From an uncultured Gammaproteobacteria bacterium (GTDB lineage Bacteria; Patescibacteriota; Patescibacteriia; Magasanikbacterales; JBBTQS01), in assembly GCA_964627055.1 (NCBI GenBank), contig CAZVGV010000001.1, positions 19,620-83,619 of the forward strand: a DNA stretch of 64,000 bases, given 5' to 3'. Shown piece after piece: positions 31,721 through 40,079 of the stretch; position 1 is the first letter of the stretch; the number at the start of each line of letters is the position of its first letter. The notes beneath the pieces are model-generated. The model was not told the DNA's origin. It ran no database searches and worked only from the letters and a program-made list of their open reading frames with translations. The position numbers and the translations under genes are program-made.

Positions 31721-32632
31721 ATGCGTGCAACACTTACCGATATTTTGCCCCACGCACAACTGCATGGGTATGCCGTTGGTGCATTTAATTTCAGTTCCAT
31801 GGAGACGGCGCAGGCAATTGTAGCTGCGGCGGAGCGTGCGAAGTCGCCTGTGGTGTTGCAGACGAGTGGCGGCGCAATTGAGTACGCCGGCATGGTGTAT
31901 CTGGGTGTGATCTCGTGGGTTGCATCGCAGTCAGTGAAGGTGCCAGTGGTAGTGCATTTGGATCACGGACATGATGTAAAGCTTGTTCGTGCAGCAATAC
32001 AGTCAGGTTACTACACAAGTGTCATGATTGATGCGTCGCATTTGCCATTCAAGGAGAATGTGAAGACGGTTAAGAAGATTGTGGACGAGGCACATGCTGC
32101 CGGAATCTCAGTGGAAGCAGAACTGGGCCCAATTCCAGGCAAGGAAGACAAGGTGAGTGTGAAGAATCGTGACGCGTTCTTTACAGACCCTGCGCAAGCC
32201 GCAGAGTTCGTGGAAATGACGGGGTGCGATGCGCTTGCTGTGTCAGTAGGAACAGCGCATGGTGCATTCAAGCATGCAGGGATTGCGGGGAAGGTGGATA
32301 TGAAACGTCTCGCAGCTATCGCGTCGGCAGTGAATGTGCCGTTGGTGTTGCATGGCGCGAGCAATGTGGATCCAAAGCTTGCAAAGAAAATGGGACTCGC
32401 AAAAGCAGAAGGTATGAGCGATAGCGATATCAAGAAGGCGATCAAGACTGGCATCACCAAAATTAATATTGATACAGATTTGCGATTGGCATATACAAGC
32501 GCATTACGCGCGGCGCTCACGAAGAATCCGCGTGAGTTCGATCCACGTGTGTACACTGATGTGGCACGCGATGCGGTACAGGGCGTGGTCGAGAAGAAGG
32601 TGCGCATGTTCGGTGGTGCGAGATCAGATTGA
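31721..32632 (+). CDS. fba: Class II fructose-1,6-bisphosphate aldolase
   Basis: Metal-binding HLDHG, GYTSVMIDASH, the EAELG and VLHGAS motifs. Conserved start MRATLTDIL; the ORF extends upstream to 31550. Confidence 0.88.
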   Translation: MRATLTDILPHAQLHGYAVGAFNFSSMETAQAIVAAAERAKSPVVLQTSGGAIEYAGMVYLGVISWVASQSVKVPVVVHLDHGHDVKLVRAAIQSGYYTSVMIDASHLPFKENVKTVKKIVDEAHAAGISVEAELGPIPGKEDKVSVKNRDAFFTDPAQAAEFVEMTGCDALAVSVGTAHGAFKHAGIAGKVDMKRLAAIASAVNVPLVLHGASNVDPKLAKKMGLAKAEGMSDSDIKKAIKTGITKINIDTDLRLAYTSALRAALTKNPREFDPRVYTDVARDAVQGVVEKKVRMFGGARSD

Positions 32633-32722
32633 ATTGCTTCGAAGCCTCACCCTGTTGGGTGGTTCTTTTGTTATTCTGGCGTTTTTGTCCCCATGTGCTA
32701 CACTTATAAAAACGTACTAAAT

Positions 32723-33466
32723 ATGAAAGATCTTGCTCCGCTTTTGCGCTCACTTGGCCTACTGGACAGTGAAATCAAAGTCTATGTTGCTGGCCTCACT
32801 CGAGGTGCCGGCACGATCCTGGATTTCACCAAGGCGACGCACTTGTCCCGCCAGGCAGTGTATACGGCGGTGGACGCACTTACTGACCGCGGCCTTTTTT
32901 CTAATGTAATGCGTGGGAAAAAGCGCTACTTCGCCGCAGAGCAACCCAACAAGCTCATTGCGTACGCGCATCGCTACCACCATGACGTGGCAACCAAGAT
33001 TGCAGACCTTGAACAGATGTTGCCAGAACTTACATTGCAAGCAGGTGGTGACAAGCCGATCGTTCGCCTCTTTGAGGGCAAGGAGGGGGTGCGTGCGATC
33101 ATGGAAGATTGGGCCAATACCGACTTCAAGGAAATGGATGAAATTGCGGACACGGACGCACTCTTCACAGTGTTAACACCGGAAGACCTTGCGCCTCTAC
33201 GCAAGATTCTTAAGAAGCGCGATGTGAAGGTTCGTGGGATGTACATGGGCAAGAAGCGGTCCGAAGGGACGGTTGGAGACTTGCATACCATCACGAGCAA
33301 AGAAGGGGAGTTCAAATCACATATTGGCGTGTACGGCGACAAGATTAACCTCGTCACGTTCGAGGGTAAGATGTATTCTGCAATTGTAGAAAGCAAACGA
33401 CTTGCTCAGGCAATGCGAACACTATTTCACCTCGCGATTGAGGGAGTGAAGGCTCAAAAAAAGTAG
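32723..33466 (+). CDS. TrmB-family (sugar-responsive) transcriptional regulator
   Basis: N-terminal winged helix (LGLLDSEIKVYVAGLTRGAGTILDFTKATHLSRQAVYTAVDALTDRGLF) plus a C-terminal effector domain. Sits directly downstream of the tkt-pfkB-fba operon. Confidence 0.7.
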   Translation: MKDLAPLLRSLGLLDSEIKVYVAGLTRGAGTILDFTKATHLSRQAVYTAVDALTDRGLFSNVMRGKKRYFAAEQPNKLIAYAHRYHHDVATKIADLEQMLPELTLQAGGDKPIVRLFEGKEGVRAIMEDWANTDFKEMDEIADTDALFTVLTPEDLAPLRKILKKRDVKVRGMYMGKKRSEGTVGDLHTITSKEGEFKSHIGVYGDKINLVTFEGKMYSAIVESKRLAQAMRTLFHLAIEGVKAQKK

Positions 33467-33476
33467 TAAAAAATGA

Positions 33477-33512
33477 GAAAGTCCAGTACGTTGTACGGGA
33501 CTTTCTTCGTTG
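33477..33512 (+). terminator. Intrinsic terminator after the trmB-family gene
   Basis: Stem GAAAGTCC / GGACTTTC with a 13-nt loop, followed by TTCGTT. Confidence 0.45.
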
Positions 33513-33722
33513 GAGTTGGAAGTGATGGTGATGGCGTACGCCGTGTTGTGTGGGGACACTACCCGCAGCCCATGACATTAGCCCTCCTCGTGCTGCAAAA
33601 ACGCTCCGGCAATATACCGTAAAAGCCGCGTGGACGCAGCTTCGGAAGCGCGCAACGTATGGCCGCACTTCATTACCCACGCTGGATCAACACTAGCATG
33701 CAATACAGGTGAGGTCAAGACG

Positions 33723-33746
33723 AAAAAACCGCGACAGACGTCGCGG
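33723..33746 (-). terminator. Minus-strand intrinsic terminator (CCGCGAC, AGAC loop, GTCGCGG, U-tract on the minus strand)
   Basis: Perfect 7-bp stem. Six A on the plus strand immediately 5' means six U follow the hairpin on the minus strand. Confidence 0.4.
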
Positions 33747-33772
33747 AAATAGGGGGGGTGAGCACGGGGTAT

Positions 33773-33820
33773 ATTTTTGTCAACTAAATACTTGACAAAA
33801 ATATATATTCTTGCTATAGT
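33773..33820 (+). promoter_or_regulatory. Consensus sigma70 promoter (TTGACA-17-TATAGT) inside an 11-bp perfect inverted-repeat operator (ATTTTTGTCAA-N8-TTGACAAAAAT)
   Basis: -35 TTGACA at 33792..33797 and -10 TATAGT at 33815..33820. The right palindrome arm overlaps the -35. Confidence 0.5.
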
Positions 33821-33969
33821 CGCTCTCGTACATATGAGGAGACGCGAGAATCCAGAGAAGGATTGTCGCGCGAGCATTCGATCCATGTTTCGTGGTGGTT
33901 ACGTGGTTCGGATGTTCACGCAACGATCGTATCTCATGCCCGGCGACCACGTGGTCGCTGGATTTTTTT
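33821..33969 (+). ncRNA. Candidate small transcript (~140 nt); alternatively a leaderless 45-aa ORF (33834..33971)
   Basis: Bounded by the consensus promoter above and an intrinsic terminator at 33942..33969 (GGCGACC, ACGT loop, GGTCGCT, then GGATTTTTTT). No Shine-Dalgarno before the ATG at 33834. Convergent with the spoU 3' end. Confidence 0.35.
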
Positions 33970-34432
33970 AGAAAAATCGAGCAATTGCGTATGCCAATCC
34001 GCCGAAGGCAACCGAGACATTGAGTGATTCCTTGGTGCCTAACATGGGCAGGTGCACCACGGTATCACACTGTGCAAGTTGTGGGCGGGTAACACCAGTG
34101 ACCTCGTTGCCAACCACGATTGCTAGTGGGAATTGAGGTGTCCAATTGCGATAGTCAATACTTGATTTTGTTTTCTCGAGTGCAACGAGAGTGTACCCGG
34201 CATTGCGTAGTTCGCGTAGGAGTGGCAAAGCAGTGGGGCGGTGTTCCCATGGGATAGTTCGTTCGGCACCAAGGGAGACCTTGTCAACGCGTGGGTGACC
34301 AGGGTGTGGGGTGTAGCCGGTTAGGTAGATTTTGCTGACTCCGATGGCATCAGCAGTACGAAAAAATGCACCGACATTGTGTGCGGAACGAATATTAGGA
34401 AGGATTAACACGATGGTGGGGTGGGGTGACAT
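33968..34432 (-). CDS. SpoU/TrmH-class RNA 2'-O-methyltransferase
   Basis: SPOUT motifs (VLILPNIRSAHNVGAFFRTADAIG; VVGNEVTGV; SLNVSVA). Confidence 0.8.
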   Translation of the reverse strand: MSPHPTIVLILPNIRSAHNVGAFFRTADAIGVSKIYLTGYTPHPGHPRVDKVSLGAERTIPWEHRPTALPLLRELRNAGYTLVALEKTKSSIDYRNWTPQFPLAIVVGNEVTGVTRPQLAQCDTVVHLPMLGTKESLNVSVAFGGLAYAIARFF

Positions 34433-34495
34433 GCATCAGTTGTACGCAATGTGCTCGTTGGTGTAAAGGGGGATGCGTGGTAGTATGTACTATGT

Positions 34496-35656
34496 ATGTT
34501 GTGGAAATCCGTAGTTCGAAAAGGAGTTGTGTCGGTGATGATGGTGTTTTGCATCACCTCTTCCGCTCTTGCACAAGCGCCAATAGATCCAAAGACGTAC
34601 GTGCCGAAGAATGATGTTTGGTATCGTGCTCAGGTACTTACTGTTGAAAATCAGACGGTAGAAAAGGAAGAGGATGGTACAGAGCGACTCATGCAGCGCG
34701 TGGAAGTGCAGATGAAAAGCGGTGATGAGTCTGGCCGTGTGCACGTGATCAATCATGGTGCAGACTTCGAGTTGCGCGAAGGAATACAGGTAACACCGGG
34801 TGAGTGGGTTGTGGTCATCAAGTCTGAAACATATGATGGCGCGAATCTCTCCGATGTATATCATATTTATGAGCCGTATCGACTGCCAGCGCTTCTTGTT
34901 GCTGGTGGTATTTTTCTCATTGCCGTGGTTTTTTTGGGGCGTTGGAAGGGACTCGGATCAATTGCAGGACTTGCGATTAGTCTTCTGGTATTAGTAAAGG
35001 GTGTTATTCCTTGGATTGTGCATGGAGGTAACCCACTTATCGCCTGTGTTGTGGGAGCTATTGTCATTGCGACCTGTGCACTTTTTGTTGCTCATGGATT
35101 CACGCGCCGTACTGCTATTGCGTGGGTGAGTACTGTTATAGCGTGTGTGCTGGCAGCTGGACTCGCGTACCTATTCATGTGGGCAGCACGCCTGTATGGC
35201 TATGGAAGTGAAGAGGCTTACTTTTTGAAGAGCGGTCTCCTTGCTACATTGGATCTGCGCGGGTTGCTCTTGGGGGGTATTCTCATTGGTTCACTTGGAA
35301 TTCTTGATGATATTACGACAGCGCAGGTTGCTGTAGTAGAGGAGTTACACCATGCAAATACTTCTCTCTCTCGTGCTGAATTGTATCGTCGGGGTCTGTC
35401 TGTGGGGCGTGAGCATATTGCGTCACTTGTGAATACACTTGCGCTTGCGTATACCGGCGCATCATTCCCGCTGATTTTGCTTACGGCAACAAATGAATAT
35501 CAACCGGTTTGGGCTGCGATGAATACAGAAGGTATCGCCGAGGAAATTATTCGAACACTTGTGGGTTCGTGCGCCCTCGTACTTGCAGTACCAATTACAA
35601 CCGCGTTAGCTGCTGGGTACTATGGCTCTCGAGCCATCGTCGAAGAAACGCACTAG
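34496..35656 (+). CDS. YibE/F-family integral membrane protein
   Basis: N-terminal signal and extracytoplasmic domain followed by about seven TM helices with the characteristic Gly-rich helices. Start may be the internal Met at 34538. Confidence 0.65.
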   Translation: MLWKSVVRKGVVSVMMVFCITSSALAQAPIDPKTYVPKNDVWYRAQVLTVENQTVEKEEDGTERLMQRVEVQMKSGDESGRVHVINHGADFELREGIQVTPGEWVVVIKSETYDGANLSDVYHIYEPYRLPALLVAGGIFLIAVVFLGRWKGLGSIAGLAISLLVLVKGVIPWIVHGGNPLIACVVGAIVIATCALFVAHGFTRRTAIAWVSTVIACVLAAGLAYLFMWAARLYGYGSEEAYFLKSGLLATLDLRGLLLGGILIGSLGILDDITTAQVAVVEELHHANTSLSRAELYRRGLSVGREHIASLVNTLALAYTGASFPLILLTATNEYQPVWAAMNTEGIAEEIIRTLVGSCALVLAVPITTALAAGYYGSRAIVEETH

Positions 35657-37022
35657 CACGCACATCGTCTTCGTTATATTGCAGTGCTGCATCGAGTGCA
35701 GCTCGATCGTTATTTTCAAGCCATTGTTCGTACCAAAAAATACTTTGGGTTCCACTGGATTGTGCGTTGCGCCATGAGAAGCCGAGGTACTTGCAAATGT
35801 CCTTGAGCGAGTAGAACGAGAGGGGAAAAATCACGCAGCGTTGTACTACTTCGAACAGATCGACGAGCCGTTCTTGGAATCGCTCGAGTGCAGGAGTTGA
35901 ACCATACTTTGCTGCGAGAAGCGCTACGTGGTGCTTTTCGTATGGCGCGTAATGAAAAATAGTGTAGGTGGCGGGCAGGGTCTCGATCCAGGCGAGGAAC
36001 TGCTTCCACATCATTGCTTCGTCACTGGGGTGCTCTGCAAGAAAGTGAATGTACTCGTCCTGTGTATCTCGTTCGATCAGGAAACCGAAGAGATATTCGG
36101 TATCAACGAGTGGGTCCGCTTCAATATCGAAATGAATGCGCAGCCCAGCATCAGCAACGTGTGGTTCGCGAACCATGTGTACACGCTGGTGGAGGAATGA
36201 CTCTGCTTGCAGTCGAATGTGCGCGAGTCGTTCGCGTGATACTCCTGGGATTGGTGAGATGAGCGCCGGGTCCATCATCGCTGCATCCTCGAGAGAATGA
36301 ATTGCATTACGTCGCAAGAGGTCGATAGAAAGTCGATCAATGTTGTAGAGCAGCGAAATATCTCGTGCCGTGGTGGCTCGAGACAGACACACCTGTGCCC
36401 ATGGTGATTGGAGGCAGCCGCGGGTGAGGGTAATGGGCGGTTCCTGGCCGTCAAGGATGCGTTCGATCTCTCGTCGTCGTGTGGTGAATCGGTCCATGGT
36501 ATCGCGTGGATCGAAGTACAGTCTTTCGCCTTGGATTGTGATAATGCCACCGCGAGGTGGTAGCGTTCCTTGCACCTCTTGCAACAGCAGTGCAAAAAAT
36601 GTGAGCTGGAGGCGTTGCACAGGCTTCATTTCGTGGCTGCTTTTGATCTCCACTGGCTCATAACAGTAGCGACCAAATGCAGAATCACCAGAACGACGGA
36701 GGAGGAGATCTGGTCGCCCGATCCACTCACGGTCTTCAATGGTCGCGGTAAGGACTGCTCCATGAATTGCCTCTACACCTGCGTACATCAGTGCGCGGGT
36801 CTCTTCGGCTGCTGCTGCGGTTGTAGTTGCAGTTACCTTTGTAGGCTGTAATTCACCAATGACCAGCTGCTCATGTACAACGCCTTGCTCGAGCAGTTTC
36901 TCCAAGAGTCCGCTCATCGGCGCACGATCCGCGTGGTTGCCATACACATCTAACCAAACCCAGTTCGGGCAGAATTCATAGTGGAGGAATTGGGACGCCG
37001 TGAGCGGGTGTCGAGGAGTCAT
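35595..37022 (-). CDS. TM0106-family RecB-like nuclease: N-terminal Cas4-like PD-(D/E)xK domain fused to a C-terminal RNase H-like 3'-5' exonuclease domain
   Basis: N-terminal YEFCPNWVWL Cys motif, GRPDLLL (motif II) and YEPVEIK (E-x-K). C-terminal IHFDIEADP DEDD-like motif. Confidence 0.65.
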   Translation of the reverse strand: MTPRHPLTASQFLHYEFCPNWVWLDVYGNHADRAPMSGLLEKLLEQGVVHEQLVIGELQPTKVTATTTAAAAEETRALMYAGVEAIHGAVLTATIEDREWIGRPDLLLRRSGDSAFGRYCYEPVEIKSSHEMKPVQRLQLTFFALLLQEVQGTLPPRGGIITIQGERLYFDPRDTMDRFTTRRREIERILDGQEPPITLTRGCLQSPWAQVCLSRATTARDISLLYNIDRLSIDLLRRNAIHSLEDAAMMDPALISPIPGVSRERLAHIRLQAESFLHQRVHMVREPHVADAGLRIHFDIEADPLVDTEYLFGFLIERDTQDEYIHFLAEHPSDEAMMWKQFLAWIETLPATYTIFHYAPYEKHHVALLAAKYGSTPALERFQERLVDLFEVVQRCVIFPLSFYSLKDICKYLGFSWRNAQSSGTQSIFWYEQWLENNDRAALDAALQYNEDDVRASAFLRRWLESHSTQQLTRL

Positions 37023-37026
37023 GGCA

Positions 37027-37695
37027 TTAGAACTTCAGGAGGTAATCCCATCGTTTCCAGAGTTCGGCTGTAGCGCGTACGTCGCGTAGGCAGTAGCGAG
37101 CAATATCGATGTATTTGCCGTCAGCATACATCGTACCAACTTGGTCGCCAGTTACACCTTCTTCCTTCGGGCTGCGGATGCCGAAGGCCCGTGCGTACAT
37201 GTCGAGATTGAATTTACGCGTGGCACCGTAGAACGTGAGCTGATCAAGCAGATCACAATGCATCTTGTAGTCGTAGCGGTAGGGAACAAGGTTGAGTGTT
37301 GGACGAACGTCGAGCATTGCGGAGCGCAGCATGAGCATTGGACCATCGAAAGATCTCCCGTTGAAGGTTACGATCGGAGCATAATGCTGCACGTCTTCCC
37401 AAAATTTTTCTAAGATAGTTTTTTCGTCTGCACAGATGTACTCTGCGCCATCTTCAACAAAGGAATCAATCTCTTTTCCTTCCGCACTGAAATACACTTT
37501 GCCCTTGTCTGAGAGTGGATTGAGCATGGCGATCGTGACAATGCGTGCGGTGGGTGCCCAGAGCGCAAGTGAGTCGCGGGTTCGATCGCGTGCCTCGTCA
37601 TCTTCGTCATGCTTGGTGAGATATTCCTGTTGGACCATTTCGAGGGATTCCCAGGGTACTCCGATGGTTTCGATATCAACAATAATGGGTTTCAT
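37027..37695 (-). CDS. DnaQ-like/PolB-exonuclease-like 3'-5' exonuclease (DEDD superfamily)
   Basis: N-terminal PIIVDIETIGVPW (Exo I D-x-E), FNGRSFDGPML (Exo II) and a C-terminal Y-x3-D-like region. Lies 4 bp from the upstream nuclease gene. Confidence 0.65.
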   Translation of the reverse strand: MKPIIVDIETIGVPWESLEMVQQEYLTKHDEDDEARDRTRDSLALWAPTARIVTIAMLNPLSDKGKVYFSAEGKEIDSFVEDGAEYICADEKTILEKFWEDVQHYAPIVTFNGRSFDGPMLMLRSAMLDVRPTLNLVPYRYDYKMHCDLLDQLTFYGATRKFNLDMYARAFGIRSPKEEGVTGDQVGTMYADGKYIDIARYCLRDVRATAELWKRWDYLLKF

Positions 37696-37756
37696 AGGGG
37701 TAGATTAGTGTGCGCTCCTCACTGGCATCCTAGCACTAGGACTTGCCAGATGAGAA

Positions 37757-38440
37757 GTGGTAGAGTGGGGACGTATGAAACTCGATCGAAGAGATAGAGC
37801 AAAACACGTGTTGAGCGTCCTCAAAAATGTGTATGCACAAGCGCGTGTTCCTGAGGCCTTCGTGCAGTGGTCCACACCGCTTGAACTTGTGGTGGCAACA
37901 ATGCTTTCTGCGCAGTGCACTGATGTGCGAGTAAATCTCGTGACGCGGGTGTTGTTCCAGAAGTATCGTACTGCTGCAGACTATGCGAACGCATCAGTAC
38001 CCGAGCTCGAACGCATCATTGGTTCGATTACATTCTTTCGTGCGAAGGCGCGGTATCTGCAAGGAATTGGACGTGTGTTGGTAGAGCAATACGGCGGAGA
38101 AGTTCCGAGTACTGTTGCAGCACTGATTACCTTGCCGGGTGTGGCGTATAAGTCAGCACATCTGATTATGGCCAAGGAGTTCGGTGTGCAAACAGGTGTT
38201 GCTGTAGATACGCATGTGACTCGTGTGGCGACACGTCTGGGGCTCTCACGAGGAAAGAACGCGATTGCAATCGCTGCTGACCTAGAGAAAATTTTTGGAA
38301 AAAATGATTGGCTCGACGTAAATGAGTTCATGATTCTGCATGGTCGAGCTGTGTGTCGAGCGCCCGTGCCGAAGTGTGGGGAATGCCCGGTGCGAGACGT
38401 ATGCCCAAGTGCACGACGCACCACTAAGAAGAAGTTGTGA
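37757..38440 (+). CDS. nth: Endonuclease III (DNA-(apurinic or apyrimidinic site) lyase / glycosylase)
   Basis: HhH-GPD motif (LPGVAYKSAHLIMAKEFG...VAVDTHVTRV) and a C-terminal 4Fe-4S cluster loop CRAPVPKCGECPVRDVC. Confidence 0.88.
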   Translation: MVEWGRMKLDRRDRAKHVLSVLKNVYAQARVPEAFVQWSTPLELVVATMLSAQCTDVRVNLVTRVLFQKYRTAADYANASVPELERIIGSITFFRAKARYLQGIGRVLVEQYGGEVPSTVAALITLPGVAYKSAHLIMAKEFGVQTGVAVDTHVTRVATRLGLSRGKNAIAIAADLEKIFGKNDWLDVNEFMILHGRAVCRAPVPKCGECPVRDVCPSARRTTKKKL

Positions 38441-39737
38441 GGCGTTCGAAGAACTGGTGTACGCGTGGATCCATCTTGATATCTGATGTGCGGATCGGTC
38501 TCAGGAGTGCGATTCCCTCAAGGCTCGTACATCGCGAAAGCGCAACATACACCTGACCGTGTGCGAACGCGCCACGGCCGAGGTCGATGACGACACGTTC
38601 GAATGTCTTGCCTTGGCTCTTGTGGATAGTGACAGCCCAGGCAAGACGCAGGGGGAACTGTCTGAATGAACCAACAGGCTCTGTCGTGAGTGCGCTGATG
38701 CTCGCATCGTAGGAGTAGCGGTGGATTTCCCAGCTATGCATAGATACAGTGACTTCATCACCCGTGGTGAGCTCAACGGTTACGGTGCTGGGTACGTGCT
38801 GGTCGTCTTCGCCAATTTTTTTTACGATACCGAGCGAGCCATTCACGTATCCCTCGCTTGCGTCGTTAACAAGTAACATGACTTGCGCACCTTTCTTGAG
38901 CGTGAGTGACTCAGCGGTTGGATACACGCGCGGGTCGAAGGTGCCACTCACTACGGCGCCGAACGTGTGTGCATCCTCATCAATTTCTGCGAGGCGAGCT
39001 GTGTTGATGGCATCAGCTGCAGCATTGGTTGCTGTGAGTACGATCGTGGTTTCATGTTCGGCAAGCGATCCATGATCTTCGATCCACTTGGCGTTGAGAG
39101 CCGCAAGATCTGCGTCAGTTGTGGTGTTGGTGCGAACGCGATTGAGGAGGTCGATGAATGTGGTATCGCGTTGGCGATAGATTTTTTCGAGCTGTACAAG
39201 TTCGAAATCCGTGCGTGCGAGTACATGCGCGTCGAAGAAGAATGGGCTCTTATATACCATGGTAAAGGTTTGCGCCTCCTCAGTACCGGAGACAACCGGC
39301 GGCAATTGGTACAAGTCGCCAATGAAAATCATTTGCACTCCGCCAAACGGCTCCTGCGAGCCGCGGTAGCGTCGCAGAAGTACATCTACGCAGTCGAGCA
39401 GCTCCGCACGCACCATCGACACTTCGTCGATAACAATGGTGTGCAATGCCTTGCAAAGAGATTTAAGATTCGAAGATAATTTTTCTTTGCCTGCCGAAAG
39501 CGGAGTAATGTGCGGAGGGATGCGGAAGAAGGAGTGGATTGTTTGGCCTTGTACATTGAGCGCGGCAACTCCAGTGGGCGCGAGGACAGCAACATTCTTT
39601 TTGGTGTGCAGGCGAAAATGCGTAAGCAGCGTAGATTTGCCGGTGCCTGCACGGCCGGTAATAAAGAGGTGTCGTGACGACGTCTCCATGAGATCGAGCG
39701 CGCGTTGGAATTGTGGATTGAAGTCGAGGGTAGGCAT
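38424..39737 (-). CDS. PIF1/RecD-like SF1B DNA helicase
   Basis: Walker A ITGRAGTGKSTLL, motif II IVIDEVSMV, AAA_30 plus UvrD_C-like organisation, C-terminal TIHKSQGKTF. Confidence 0.8.
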   Translation of the reverse strand: MPTLDFNPQFQRALDLMETSSRHLFITGRAGTGKSTLLTHFRLHTKKNVAVLAPTGVAALNVQGQTIHSFFRIPPHITPLSAGKEKLSSNLKSLCKALHTIVIDEVSMVRAELLDCVDVLLRRYRGSQEPFGGVQMIFIGDLYQLPPVVSGTEEAQTFTMVYKSPFFFDAHVLARTDFELVQLEKIYRQRDTTFIDLLNRVRTNTTTDADLAALNAKWIEDHGSLAEHETTIVLTATNAAADAINTARLAEIDEDAHTFGAVVSGTFDPRVYPTAESLTLKKGAQVMLLVNDASEGYVNGSLGIVKKIGEDDQHVPSTVTVELTTGDEVTVSMHSWEIHRYSYDASISALTTEPVGSFRQFPLRLAWAVTIHKSQGKTFERVVIDLGRGAFAHGQVYVALSRCTSLEGIALLRPIRTSDIKMDPRVHQFFERLTTSS

Positions 39738-39826
39738 AAAACACCGTGGTGGTTGGTGAGTATCAGCCTACCACGGGACAGGGTCTTGCGGAAGTCGTGT
39801 AGATTCGGTACAGTGTCCCCACAAAT

Positions 39827-39901
39827 CGCGGGTATTGTATAACGGCTATTATCTCAGTTTTCCAAACTGATGACGCGGGTTCGACTCCCGCTACCCGCTC
39901 C
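39827..39901 (+). tRNA. tRNA-Gly (anticodon UCC), CCA encoded
   Basis: Manual fold: acceptor GCGGGTA/TACCCGC, anticodon stem TCAGT/ACTGA, loop TTTCCAA (UCC), T-arm GCGGG-TTCGACT-CCCGC, discriminator U as in bacterial tRNA-Gly. Short, atypical D-arm. Confidence 0.75.
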
Positions 39902-40079
39902 AAACAGTATAAAATTTTGAGAAGTCCCGTTTCACTGCCCCGAGAACTTGAGGACAGTTACGAGATGGATAGAAAGTTGAAGGCACTGTCTGGCATGAGA
40001 TATGTGTTGTTTTTTGTGTTATGATGTTCAATGCATGGGGGAGCGTGATCCTAGGGTTACATTGTGAAAAAAGAATTCT

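Noticed and set aside
33777-33971. 64-aa ORF as listed (alternative start at 33777)
   Set aside because: Its 5' end spans the -35/-10 promoter elements and the palindromic operator, so it cannot be translated from the mapped promoter. If coding at all, the product is the 45-aa frame from the ATG at 33834.
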